This document shows, one piece after another, positions 39,221-49,325 of a stretch of 64,000 nucleotides of DNA (position 1 is the first letter of the stretch; each line of letters opens with the position of its first letter). Source of the DNA: an uncultured Gammaproteobacteria bacterium (GTDB taxonomy: Bacteria; Patescibacteriota; Patescibacteriia; UBA1558; S5-K13). The stretch is taken from assembly GCA_964486685.1 (NCBI GenBank), contig CAZAOE010000003.1:5306-69305 (forward strand). The letters run 5' to 3'. The notes below the pieces were generated by a model. It was not told the origin of the DNA. It saw only the letters and a program-made list of their open reading frames with translations, and did not search any database. The position numbers and the translations under genes were made by a program.

Positions 39221-40279
39221 ATGTCTAAAATAAGTATCAACTTGCTTCTCTGGAATGGGGAAAGATATTTGCCCTTTTGTTTAGAGTCATTAAAAAAACA
39301 AAGCTTTTCTGATTGGGAGTTAAACATTTTAAACAATGGCTCTACAGACAATTCTTTAAAATATTTAAAAGAGCATTATCCACAATTTAGAGTAAATAAT
39401 TTAAAACAAAATATTGGTTTTGCTAAAGGACATAATAAATTAATATCCTGGACTAATTCTGAATACATTCTGTGTTTAAATCAAGACACTATTTTAGAAT
39501 CAGATTTTTTAAAAAATGCCATAGAATTTTTAGATCAAAATAAAAATATTGGAGCCGTCAGTCCTAAAATCTATAAATGGAATTTTAAAAAATTGGATAT
39601 TGAAAATCCTCCAGAGCCAGAAATGGCTGGAAAAATGTTAGAGATTGGTAAAACTAATATTATTGATAGTTGTGGATTAAAAATATTCAAAAATCATCAA
39701 GTCATGGATTGGGGACAATTAGAAAAAGATAATAAAAAATTCTCTTCTGCTCAGTCAATATTTGGAGTTTCTGGGGCCCTGCCAATTTATAGAAGAAAAA
39801 CTTTAGAAAAGATAAAAATCAATAATGAATATTTTGATGAGGACTTTTTTTCCTACAAAGAAGATGTTGATTTAAGCTATAGAATACAATTGGCTGGTTA
39901 TAAAATCTATTTTTTGCCCCAGGTAATTGGATATCATGACCGCAGTGTTAGTAGAGATAAATCTATCATTCAGGGACGGAAAATAAAAACTAATTGGATT
40001 AAACAATATTCATATAAAAATCATTTATGGTGTATTGTTAAAAATGAATTTAGTAAAAATTTATCCAAATATTTTTTACCTATATTTTGGTATGAATTGA
40101 AAAAATTTTTATATATTTTAATCTTAGAAAATAAAACCTTAAAATTTTTCTTAAAAAATAAAAAAGAGTATAAAAAAATAAAAAGTAAAAGAAAATATAT
40201 ATTTAAAAATATAGTAAAAATAAAAGCCGAGGACTTGGCCAAGTGGTATGACCAGAAACAAAAAAACAAAAAAACATAA
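39221..40279 (+). CDS. GT2 glycosyltransferase
   Basis: NNGSTDNS, NIGFAKGHN, LNQD, FFSYKEDVDL; ATG 39221 preferred over the TTG lying in a repeat. Confidence 0.9.
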   Translation: MSKISINLLLWNGERYLPFCLESLKKQSFSDWELNILNNGSTDNSLKYLKEHYPQFRVNNLKQNIGFAKGHNKLISWTNSEYILCLNQDTILESDFLKNAIEFLDQNKNIGAVSPKIYKWNFKKLDIENPPEPEMAGKMLEIGKTNIIDSCGLKIFKNHQVMDWGQLEKDNKKFSSAQSIFGVSGALPIYRRKTLEKIKINNEYFDEDFFSYKEDVDLSYRIQLAGYKIYFLPQVIGYHDRSVSRDKSIIQGRKIKTNWIKQYSYKNHLWCIVKNEFSKNLSKYFLPIFWYELKKFLYILILENKTLKFFLKNKKEYKKIKSKRKYIFKNIVKIKAEDLAKWYDQKQKNKKT

Positions 40280-40336
40280 TAACAATTCAACCATTCAACA
40301 ATTAAACAATTAAGCAATTAGTCAATTAACCTATTA

Positions 40337-41161
40337 ATGACTATGACCCTAAGCATTATTATTTTAAATTACAAACAAGCTAATTTGATTAAGTATCAAC
40401 TCAAAAAACTATATCATTATAATTTTGAATTTGATAGTGAAATTATTGTAATAGATAATAATTCTCATGATGATATTCAAGAAATCATTATAGCCGATTT
40501 TCCTAAAGTCAAATTTATAAAATCTAAAAATAATTTAGGATATGCTGGTGGAAATAATCTAGGAATTAAACGGGCTCAGGGAAATTATATTTTAATTTTA
40601 AATCCGGATATTAGGATTAGCCAAGAATCTATTCAAAAAATGCTTGATTTTTTGAAAAAAAACCCTACGGTAGGACTAATAGCTCCTCGTTTAATTAATG
40701 CCGATAAAACAACTCAAGAAACATGCTTTCAATTTCCAAACTGGCAATATCCTTTATTTAGAAGAACTGGCTTTGGGAAAACAAAGTCAGGCAAAAAATG
40801 GCTGGCTAAATTTTTAATAAAGGATTTTGACCACAAATCAACTCGCAAAGTTGATTGGATTATGGGCGCCTGTTGGATGGCTAATAAAAAAACAATTCAG
40901 GAAATTGAATATTTAGATAAAAATTATTTCATGTATTTAGAAGATATGGATTTATGCCGAAGATTGTGGAACAAAAATAAGGCCGTTTATTATTTAGGAG
41001 AAATATCAGCCATTCATCTTCATCAAAAGGCCTCGGAAAATAAAAATATTATTTATTCTTTATTTTTTAATAAACTTTCCCGAATTCATCTTAAATCTTG
41101 GTTTTATTATATAAAAAAATGGCGCGGGCAAAAACTTCCCGCTCCAACTTTAAAAAAATAA
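40337..41161 (+). CDS. GT2 glycosyltransferase
   Basis: IDNNS, NLGYAGGNN, LNPD, YFMYLEDMD. Confidence 0.9.
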   Translation: MTMTLSIIILNYKQANLIKYQLKKLYHYNFEFDSEIIVIDNNSHDDIQEIIIADFPKVKFIKSKNNLGYAGGNNLGIKRAQGNYILILNPDIRISQESIQKMLDFLKKNPTVGLIAPRLINADKTTQETCFQFPNWQYPLFRRTGFGKTKSGKKWLAKFLIKDFDHKSTRKVDWIMGACWMANKKTIQEIEYLDKNYFMYLEDMDLCRRLWNKNKAVYYLGEISAIHLHQKASENKNIIYSLFFNKLSRIHLKSWFYYIKKWRGQKLPAPTLKK

Positions 41162-41163
41162 AA

Positions 41164-41958
41164 TTACTCAAAACTACAACTTAAATAAACTCCTTTAAAT
41201 TTTTTGTCTATGGAAAATACTTTCGGTTTTAATTTTGATATTAAAGGAAAAATTGTAGGAAAAATTTTTAAAAAAGGGCTATTAAATTTTTCCAATTTAT
41301 AATTTAAAAGGGCCTGATAATCATTTTGCATATCTTGCAAAACATCGTCCGCAATTTTAATGGCCTCGTCTTTATTGACTTCATTAAAATTTTCAATCAA
41401 ATCTCCACAAGCAATTAAAACAATTTCTTGATTTTCTTGAACTAAAAAATTGTTCAATAATTCTCCAAACTTCAAATGATAATCAAAATCCCCATCTGAA
41501 CAGCGAATAATAATAAATTCATTTTTTATATTGGTGTCGTGAACCATTTTCTTTTCAAATCCCCGAGAGTCAATATGATATTTATTTAAATAATATAATG
41601 GCACAAAGGCCTTATAACTTACTTTTGGATTTGAAAATAAACGAATGTCAAAATTATTAACCAATAAAAAATCTCTTAATCTAGTGCTAATATCTAAATC
41701 TCCCAAAATATTAAATTGGATTGATAAATCTCCAAATTCTTTAAAATTAACCGCATATTCTTCGCTTTGATTTATAGAAATACTCTGAACAGCTTCTTGT
41801 GGAGGAGTAATAATAAAAATCTTATCTGGATTCAAATTATAAATAATTTGTCTTATTTTTTTCAAGGCCTGAATAGAAATAGAAACATTTTGAGAATATT
41901 CTTTCCCTATTTTAGAAATCATTAAAGGATTATGAGGAATAAAAAATGTATGAATCAT
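41164..41958 (-). CDS. LigB/MEMO-fold protein (AmmeMemoRadiSam-associated, divergent)
   Basis: PHNPLMI..IG, F.EFGD, VPLYYL, IACGDL; near amrS. Confidence 0.6.
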   Translation of the reverse strand: MIHTFFIPHNPLMISKIGKEYSQNVSISIQALKKIRQIIYNLNPDKIFIITPPQEAVQSISINQSEEYAVNFKEFGDLSIQFNILGDLDISTRLRDFLLVNNFDIRLFSNPKVSYKAFVPLYYLNKYHIDSRGFEKKMVHDTNIKNEFIIIRCSDGDFDYHLKFGELLNNFLVQENQEIVLIACGDLIENFNEVNKDEAIKIADDVLQDMQNDYQALLNYKLEKFNSPFLKIFPTIFPLISKLKPKVFSIDKKFKGVYLSCSFE

Positions 41959-41963
41959 AATTA

Positions 41964-43388
41964 TTATAAAGGATTGCTTTCCTGTTCTTCTGGCAAGAGC
42001 TCTTCTTCTAAAATATCTTGTTCTGTTTCTTCAACAATATCGCCCAATTCATGTATTAATAAAACATTTTCACTTAATTCAATAATGTCTTTCCAAAAAT
42101 ATCCTAAATTCTCAAAAACTTCAGCACTATAAATGGGCCTTCTTTTCCCTTCAGAAATAATATAAACGCTATTATCATTTTCGGTTTTAACTAAAATACC
42201 ATCTTTAATTTTAACTAACACGCCCGTAGTCAAAGAATTTATTTCTTCTTCGGAAACATCAATAATATATTGTCCACCAAAATCTATCTTTAATATCTCT
42301 TCGCTAATAATTGGATATTTGTATCCATTTTTAACATAAAAAATATGATTATCGTATTTTAATAAAGCCCCGGCTGGATACATACTATCCATTGTAATGG
42401 GCTCTCCCTGAACATAATAATAAGCGTCTTCCCAGGTGATATTAATTATTTCTTCAGGATTAACCCCAAAATATCTTCTTACTTCCTCTGAAACAAAGGG
42501 CCTTAGTTTGTCCACGTCTAGCATATAAACTTGAGCATCTGGAGTTCTTAAATAAGCATAATTAGCAAATTTTATAGGTGAACCTTCTAAATATTTTATT
42601 AAATCATTATACTGAACCTCAACAATATCATTGGGGTCATATCTACTAACAAATGCCGTCCAAGTAATAAAAGGACTTCTTCTCCCATTCTCAATCAACC
42701 AAACGCCTGGCGTCCCAATTTCTTTTAAAATACTTCCATTAGGATAATTACGCGTAAACCATTTATTCCATATTTTCCAAAAATTATAATTACCATTAAT
42801 ATGTGGCGTGTAATTATATAAACAAACCGTGGCTTGATTCATGGGGGTTATTATACGATTATCTATTAAATATTCCTGACCAATTTGAAAAAGCCAGGGC
42901 TGATTTTTATTATCAATATAAAACCTATTTCTCTCCGCCGCATACATTACTTGCTTATAAAAACCTCGATATTCCTGCAAAACCGAATCAGTCATACTAC
43001 AATCATCACAAATAGCATAACCACAAGCCCAATCTAAGGCCTTTAAACTAGGGGTAGGATTAGTGATTAAGCTTTGTTCTTTTTGTAATAAAACTAAAAG
43101 ATACTTAGGATTAATCTGATAAGTTTGAGCAGCTTGATAAATTATCTCGGCTGCAGATATTTCTTCTGAATTTTCAGGATTAGTAGTATTATAATATTTT
43201 AAAATACCGTTTTGACGATTTAAAAAATAATTAATATCATCCATGGTCATGGAATTATAATCTCCTAATTCATAATCAGAAATAATATAATTAGGACTAA
43301 AAAGCACGTCAAAATCTTCCTCAGCCAAAAAAGCAAAGTTTGGAAATAACAAACCAATTATTGCTAATATTAATAAAAATTTTTTCAT
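41964..43388 (-). CDS. Secreted surface protein with a putative lysozyme-like domain and C-terminal repeats
   Basis: Signal peptide; INPKYLLVLLQKEQSL and YNYTPH; repeated G.L.K..VY.I..G.RR units. Confidence 0.6.
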   Translation of the reverse strand: MKKFLLILAIIGLLFPNFAFLAEEDFDVLFSPNYIISDYELGDYNSMTMDDINYFLNRQNGILKYYNTTNPENSEEISAAEIIYQAAQTYQINPKYLLVLLQKEQSLITNPTPSLKALDWACGYAICDDCSMTDSVLQEYRGFYKQVMYAAERNRFYIDNKNQPWLFQIGQEYLIDNRIITPMNQATVCLYNYTPHINGNYNFWKIWNKWFTRNYPNGSILKEIGTPGVWLIENGRRSPFITWTAFVSRYDPNDIVEVQYNDLIKYLEGSPIKFANYAYLRTPDAQVYMLDVDKLRPFVSEEVRRYFGVNPEEIINITWEDAYYYVQGEPITMDSMYPAGALLKYDNHIFYVKNGYKYPIISEEILKIDFGGQYIIDVSEEEINSLTTGVLVKIKDGILVKTENDNSVYIISEGKRRPIYSAEVFENLGYFWKDIIELSENVLLIHELGDIVEETEQDILEEELLPEEQESNPL

Positions 43389-43469
43389 ATACTTTGTTAT
43401 TTAATTATCAATTTGAAATTTTCATTGAATTACAAATTACCAATTTGAAATTGAATAATTGAAAATTAA

Positions 43470-43566
43470 CCCCATCACCTTTTTTGCAAAATAATATCAA
43501 AAAATTATTTTAAAAAAATTATATAATAAAATTAAGATATCAAATTTTAAATTAAAAGGTGAGGGG
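43470..43566. mobile_element. 97-bp MITE-like element, same TIR family as 80-179, TTAA duplication
   Basis: TTAA|CCCCATCACCTTTT ... AAAAGGTGAGGGG|TTAA. Confidence 0.75.
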
Positions 43567-43610
43567 TTAAATTCAAATTAAAAATTGATCATTGGTAATT
43601 GAAATCATTT

Positions 43611-44687
43611 CTAGCTAACTATATTCAAACTATATTTACAATTCTGACATAAACCACTCTTGTCATTCCTTGTAATGATATACCCTTGTCTTTCAATATT
43701 CAAGGCCCCACACTCTGGACAATAGGTATTTTCTCTATCATCTTCCGCAATATTACCTAAATAAACATATTTTAAACCTACTTCCTTACCAATACCATAG
43801 GCCTGATCTAATTCTTTTTCTGAAGTAGCTTGCTTAGACAAAAGTTTATAAGAAATTTCTGGAGAAAATTTAGAAATATGCCAAGGTGTATCTACACCCA
43901 ATTCTTTTTTAATAAACTCAGCTATCTTCTTAATTTGTCCTTGAACATTAGTTTCTCCTGGAATAATTAGAGTAGTCACCTCTATAAAAACTTTTTTTTG
44001 TTTTAAATAAACTAAATTATTTAGAATTGGTTCTAAAGAACCTCCTGTTATTCTTTTATATTTTTTATCTAAGAAAAATTTTAAGTCCACATTAATAGCA
44101 TCTAAATAGGGGAGTATTAAATCCAAACATTTTTGACTCATAAAACCATTAGAAACCCAGACATTTTTTAATTTATGTTCATGGGCCAATTTCATAATTG
44201 GCAAAGCAGTTTCCAAAAATACTGTTGGTTCAGTATAGGTATAAGCAATGGAAAGACAATTATTATCTTTAGCTTCGGCAATGATTTCTGCGGGCTCAAT
44301 TAATTCTCCAGGAAATCTACTATCTAATTTCTCAATTTTTTGTAACTGGGAAATCTGCCAATTCTGACAATTAAGACAATGAAAATTACAGCCCATGCCA
44401 GCAATAGAATAAGTCAAACTACCTGGTAAAAAATGAAAAAAAGGTTTCTTTTCAATAGGATCAATGTTTTTAGCAATCAATTTATTATAATTTAAAGCAT
44501 ATAATTTGCCCTGAATATTTTTCCGCACCCCACAAACCCCAACATGATTTTCAGCAATACTACAAAAATGATTGCATAACTCGCAATTTACAACACCGCT
44601 AACTTTCTCCCCCTTTTTAAGAGGGAGGTGTCCGGAGGACAAAGAGGGTTTACCTTTTTTATATAATAAAGCTTCGTGCATACTCAT
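43611..44687 (-). CDS. amrS: AmmeMemoRadiSam system radical SAM enzyme
   Basis: C..C.H.C, GVCGVR.N, DPIEKKP..HF.PG, GCNFHCLNCQNWQISQ, YTYTEP, TYCPECG. Confidence 0.92.
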   Translation of the reverse strand: MSMHEALLYKKGKPSLSSGHLPLKKGEKVSGVVNCELCNHFCSIAENHVGVCGVRKNIQGKLYALNYNKLIAKNIDPIEKKPFFHFLPGSLTYSIAGMGCNFHCLNCQNWQISQLQKIEKLDSRFPGELIEPAEIIAEAKDNNCLSIAYTYTEPTVFLETALPIMKLAHEHKLKNVWVSNGFMSQKCLDLILPYLDAINVDLKFFLDKKYKRITGGSLEPILNNLVYLKQKKVFIEVTTLIIPGETNVQGQIKKIAEFIKKELGVDTPWHISKFSPEISYKLLSKQATSEKELDQAYGIGKEVGLKYVYLGNIAEDDRENTYCPECGALNIERQGYIITRNDKSGLCQNCKYSLNIVS

Positions 44688-44810
44688 ATTATAGCATTAA
44701 AAAATTTAAAACTAAAAGCGCAAAATGCAAAACTAATTCCTACAAACTAATAAGCTACTCCCTACAAACCCAAAAACCTAACCCCCTACAAGCTAATAAG
44801 CTAATTCCCC

Positions 44811-46133
44811 GGCTCTATAATAATTAGTGTGTAAAAAAAGAAGGGTTTTAATGTAAAATTAGCATATAAACCAAGCTAAAACATTAAAACACCTTCTATG
44901 AACAAAGATATAACAAAGTTTTTTGAAATACAAGGGTATCTTGTATACAAAACTAGAATTGATAATGATCAAAACATAATAATTAGAATAGGAAGACCAA
45001 AAAACAAAAATGAGTGTCCAGATTGTAAAAGTAAAAAACATTATCTTCACAGTAAAGGAAAATGGACATTAAAAAAACATTCTAACTTTCAAGAAAAACA
45101 AATATATTTAGAAGTAAAAAGAAAAAGATACAAGTGTAAACAATGTCAAAGAGTGTTTAGTGAAAAATTACCAGATATACCTAGATATGCTAGAAAAACA
45201 AATAACTTCATTAAACAATCATTAAACTATCTGTCTAAGAATTCATTTAATGAAGTAGCTAAAGTAAATCAAATTAGTTATCCTAGTTTAAAAGATCAAC
45301 TATATAACTATGTTAATCCTTTTCAACTCTTAGAACATCAAATACAGCAATTAAATAAACTAAATGAAATATATCTTGGTTTAGACGGACAAAGTTTTAG
45401 AGGACAAAAAATGGTTCTAACCATTACAGAAGTGAAATTAAAAAAACTAATCACTATCTTACCATCAGAATCACAATCTGATTTACTGATATTTTTAAAA
45501 CAATTACCATTATCCACTAGATTAAAAGTAAAAGGTATATCGATTGATATGACTAACAAACATATTAGTTTATTAAGACAATACTTTCCTAATGCTAGAA
45601 TGGTCATAGATCATTATCATGTTGTTCAACAAGCTATATATAGATTACAAGAAGTAAGAAGAATATTACAAAGTGTAAACAGAGTTAATATACCTATTAA
45701 GAAAGAACTAGATAAAAACTATGAAAGTTTGACAAATCAAGAAAAAATAAAGATGCTTAAATATTTCATTATCTATCCAGAATTAAAAGAAGCTTACTGG
45801 TTTAAAGAAAGATTAAGATCTGTCTATCGGATTAAGAAGTATGACAAAGCTAAAAGAAGATATATAATATTAAAAAAAGAACTATTAAAACATAGTAATA
45901 ATAGTTTAAAGGAACTAGGTAAAACTTTACGTAATTGGCAAGTAGAAATACTAAATTACTTTATTACTAAAAAGATTACTAATGCTTATACGGAAGGATT
46001 ACATACTAAGTGTAAATTGATAAAAAGGAAGTCTTATGGTTTCAGAAATGTAGATACCTATGTTCGAAAGCTACTTCTTGGCTTAATACCGCTAATAACT
46101 ATACTTTCTTTACACACTATTTGACATAGAGCC
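44811..46133 (+). mobile_element. Intact ISL3-family insertion sequence (1323 bp)
   Basis: 25-bp imperfect TIRs GGCTCTAT...TAGTGTGTAAA (21/25 match); 9-bp target duplication TAATTCCCC at 44802-44810 and 46134-46142. Confidence 0.92.
44898..46124 (+). CDS. ISL3 transposase
   Basis: CPDC...C..C zinc ribbon, GLD, SIDM, IDHYHV, TNAYTEG...K..KR.SYGFRN. Confidence 0.93.
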   Translation: MNKDITKFFEIQGYLVYKTRIDNDQNIIIRIGRPKNKNECPDCKSKKHYLHSKGKWTLKKHSNFQEKQIYLEVKRKRYKCKQCQRVFSEKLPDIPRYARKTNNFIKQSLNYLSKNSFNEVAKVNQISYPSLKDQLYNYVNPFQLLEHQIQQLNKLNEIYLGLDGQSFRGQKMVLTITEVKLKKLITILPSESQSDLLIFLKQLPLSTRLKVKGISIDMTNKHISLLRQYFPNARMVIDHYHVVQQAIYRLQEVRRILQSVNRVNIPIKKELDKNYESLTNQEKIKMLKYFIIYPELKEAYWFKERLRSVYRIKKYDKAKRRYIILKKELLKHSNNSLKELGKTLRNWQVEILNYFITKKITNAYTEGLHTKCKLIKRKSYGFRNVDTYVRKLLLGLIPLITILSLHTI

Positions 46134-46272
46134 TAATTCCCCTTGACTTCTTTCTAAATATATGTTATATTTAAATGTTAAGTAAAAAGTAAATCTATTA
46201 TTTCCAAATCCCTCAGGAAATAATAGATAAATAATGTCAACGAGGGAATAAAAAATATCCCAGGAGGATATA

Positions 46273-46710
46273 ATGAAAAAAATTATATTAATAGTAATGA
46301 TTATCGCAATAGCTGGACTAGCTACCGCCGAAACCCCCGTTGTTAGTTCTTACTATTCCATTGGTTATTCTGATTATTGTGAAATAATCAGCTTTGTAAA
46401 TACCCAGGGTCTCGAGAATACCAATGGCAGTAAATGTGTTGTTGTTAATGGATATAGCATAAAAGTCTACCCGTGGGAAGGAATAATTATCAAGTTATTG
46501 CCCTTCTCATATGATGCTGAAGTAGCTGTAGTAGACAACGGTTTTGACGGTATCGATGTTGACGATGAAATCGACCGAATTGCTGGCATTGATAATCTAA
46601 AAGATTTTCTTGACTCCTTTCCTTGGAAAGGCACAGAATACGATTATGCTGAAACTGAAGAAGAAGTTGAAATTGACCCACTTGAAGTTCTCATCGAAAC
46701 TCTAAAATAA
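46273..46710 (+). CDS. Hypothetical secreted acidic protein
   Basis: Signal peptide; TTGACT-17-TATATT promoter at 46143; AGGAGG SD; terminator at about 46719-46757. Confidence 0.7.
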   Translation: MKKIILIVMIIAIAGLATAETPVVSSYYSIGYSDYCEIISFVNTQGLENTNGSKCVVVNGYSIKVYPWEGIIIKLLPFSYDAEVAVVDNGFDGIDVDDEIDRIAGIDNLKDFLDSFPWKGTEYDYAETEEEVEIDPLEVLIETLK

Positions 46711-46890
46711 AATTATCCGGCCCCATTCTCATTCGAGAGATTGGGGTCTTTTTTTTGTAAAAATGCAAAATGCAAAACGAAAAGCGTAAAATTTAAAACT
46801 AAACTTTCAACTTGCCCATTTTCCTGATATAATAAAAACATTAGATGAGATAAAAATCTATATTTTTTGTTATAAATAACTAATAAAATT

Positions 46891-47925
46891 ATGATGGAAA
46901 CATTAAAAAATTTAAATTTTTTGGGAAATAATGCTTATGAATATCTAAGAGCTCTAATTATATTTATAGGGCTTATTATTATTCTAAAAATTTTTAAAAG
47001 CATTATTATACAAAAATTAAAAAAATTAGCTAAAAAAACTAAAACCGAATTTGACGATATTTTAATAAATATATTTCAAACAATTAAGCCACCATTTTAT
47101 TTACTGGCCTCGCTATACATTTCAATCAAAACATTAATTATTCCTGACATTGCTAGCAAAATAATAAATATTTTATTTATCATTATTATTATTTATGAAG
47201 TAATTCGTGCTTTAGAAAAAATGGTTGACTATTTATTTAAAATAAAGGGAAAAGAAAATGCTTCTATTTCTCGAACAATTAAACTTATTATTAAAATTTG
47301 TATTTGGACTTTTGGTATAATTCTAGCTCTTGGTAATTTAGGAGTGAATGTTACATCTTTTATTGCCGGTTTAGGCATAGGCGGTATTGCTATTGCTTTA
47401 GCATTACAAAATATTCTAAAAGATATATTTAGTAATTTTTCAATACTTATAGACAAACCATTTGAAATTGGAGATTTTATCAAAATAGGAAATGACATGG
47501 GAACTGTAGAAAAAATTGGAATTAAAACTACCCACATCAGAACTTTGGACGGCGAGCAATTAATAATTGCTAATAGTGAATTAACTGATGCTCGTGTCCA
47601 AAATTTCAAAAGATTAGAAAAAAGAAGGGCTTTATTTAATATCGGGGTTATTTATGAAACTTCTTCAGAAAAATTAGCCCAAATTCCCCAAATCATAGAA
47701 AGCATCATTAAAAGAGAAAAACAAGCTGAATTTGATAGATGCCATTTTAAAAACTTTGGGGATTTTAGCCTAAACTTTGAAATATCTTATTATGCCAACA
47801 CTCAGGACTATAAAGAATATTTGGATATTGTAGAAAAAATAAACTTAGCAATTATAGATTCATTTAGAAAAGAAAATATAGAATTTGCTTATCCCACGCA
47901 CGTTGAATACCAGAAGACAGTGTAA
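46891..47925 (+). CDS. mscS: Small-conductance mechanosensitive channel
   Basis: AGLGIGGIAIALALQ, DKPFEIGDFI, G.VE.IG.KTT, IEFAYPT. Confidence 0.92.
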   Translation: MMETLKNLNFLGNNAYEYLRALIIFIGLIIILKIFKSIIIQKLKKLAKKTKTEFDDILINIFQTIKPPFYLLASLYISIKTLIIPDIASKIINILFIIIIIYEVIRALEKMVDYLFKIKGKENASISRTIKLIIKICIWTFGIILALGNLGVNVTSFIAGLGIGGIAIALALQNILKDIFSNFSILIDKPFEIGDFIKIGNDMGTVEKIGIKTTHIRTLDGEQLIIANSELTDARVQNFKRLEKRRALFNIGVIYETSSEKLAQIPQIIESIIKREKQAEFDRCHFKNFGDFSLNFEISYYANTQDYKEYLDIVEKINLAIIDSFRKENIEFAYPTHVEYQKTV

Positions 47926-48068
47926 ATATAATGCCAATCTACGAATGATATACCAATTATGCAAATATAATACAAATAAATATTCTAATTAATATAGGTA
48001 ATTCTAATTATTAGTATAGTATTCGTATTATTAGTATTAATTCGTATATTAGCATTATATATTAGTAT

Positions 48069-49178
48069 ATGAAAAAAACATTACTCATAACTTTGGATTT
48101 CTGGCCGAACCACGGAGGCGTGGCTAATTATTATTATAATCTATGTAAAAATCTTCCCAAAAAAGATATATTTATTTTAACTAATGTCAAAAAAGAGGAC
48201 AGTCAACTTAAAATTATAAATAAAAAATTACTCTATAAATTTTTCTGGCCACATTGGACAAGGGCTTATCAAGAAACCCTAAAGGTGATAAAAGAAAATA
48301 AAATCCAAAAACTTTGGGTGGGAAATTTATTACCCTTGGGAACCGTAGCTTATTTAATCTATAAAAAACATCAGATTCCTTATTTTGTTTCTTTACATGG
48401 TTTAGATATTTTAAATGCTTTAAAAAATAAAAGAAAAAAACTCTTAGCCAAAAAAATATTAAAGCATGCTCAATTTATAACTGTAAATAGTAATTGCACA
48501 AAAAATTTGCTCAAAGATTTAGTTAAAAATCAAGAAAAAATTAAAATTATCTATCCCGGAGTTAATCTTAATTTTCAAAAAATCAACGAACAAAAATTAT
48601 CTGAGATTAAAAACAAATACAACCCAAATAATAAAAAAATAATATTAACTACTGGCCGTTTGGTCAAAAGAAAAAACCACGAATTAGTTATCAAAGCCAT
48701 TAAAAAATTGGCTCAAAAAATACCTAACTTAGTTTATTTAATCATTGGCAATGGACCTGAAAAAAAGAACTACGGATTAAGGATTAAGAATTACGGATTA
48801 CAAAACAACATAAAAATTTTAACAAATATTAACAACGAAGAACTTCCTTATTTTTATAAACTATCAGATATTTTTATTATGGTTAGTAAAACTTCTCCGG
48901 AAGATATTGAGGGTTTTGGGATAGTATATTTAGAGGCCGGATTATTTAAAAAACCAGTAATTGCTTCTAACCAGGGTGGTTCAAAAGAAGCAGTTATAAA
49001 TAATCAGACCGGTATTTTAATAAATGATAATCTTGCCGAGTTAAAACAAGCTATAATAAAATTATTAAATAATTCTGAACTAAGAAATCAATTGGGAAAT
49101 AATGCCGAGCAAAGAATACAAAAAACTTTTTTATGGCCAGAAATTAGCAAAAAATTAATAAAATATATTAATGAATAA
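48069..49178 (+). CDS. GT4 glycosyltransferase
   Basis: DFWP..GGVA, HGLD, GRLVKRK, EGFGIVYLEA. Confidence 0.9.
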   Translation: MKKTLLITLDFWPNHGGVANYYYNLCKNLPKKDIFILTNVKKEDSQLKIINKKLLYKFFWPHWTRAYQETLKVIKENKIQKLWVGNLLPLGTVAYLIYKKHQIPYFVSLHGLDILNALKNKRKKLLAKKILKHAQFITVNSNCTKNLLKDLVKNQEKIKIIYPGVNLNFQKINEQKLSEIKNKYNPNNKKIILTTGRLVKRKNHELVIKAIKKLAQKIPNLVYLIIGNGPEKKNYGLRIKNYGLQNNIKILTNINNEELPYFYKLSDIFIMVSKTSPEDIEGFGIVYLEAGLFKKPVIASNQGGSKEAVINNQTGILINDNLAELKQAIIKLLNNSELRNQLGNNAEQRIQKTFLWPEISKKLIKYINE

Positions 49179-49325
49179 TTCAAAATTTAAAACTAAAAAT
49201 GCAAAACTACAACTAAAAATTAAAAATAAGATTAAAAAATTTGAATTTTAAATTATAATTTTACGCTTTGCATTTTTCATTTTTAATTAAAACGAATCTA
49301 AATAAAATGATTCTAAAAAAAACCA

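Noticed and set aside
39600-39645. Possible palindromic insert in GT2 (NPPEPEMAGK)
   Set aside because: Only a 5-bp stem (AGCCA-GAAA-TGGCT), no sibling copy and no clear boundaries
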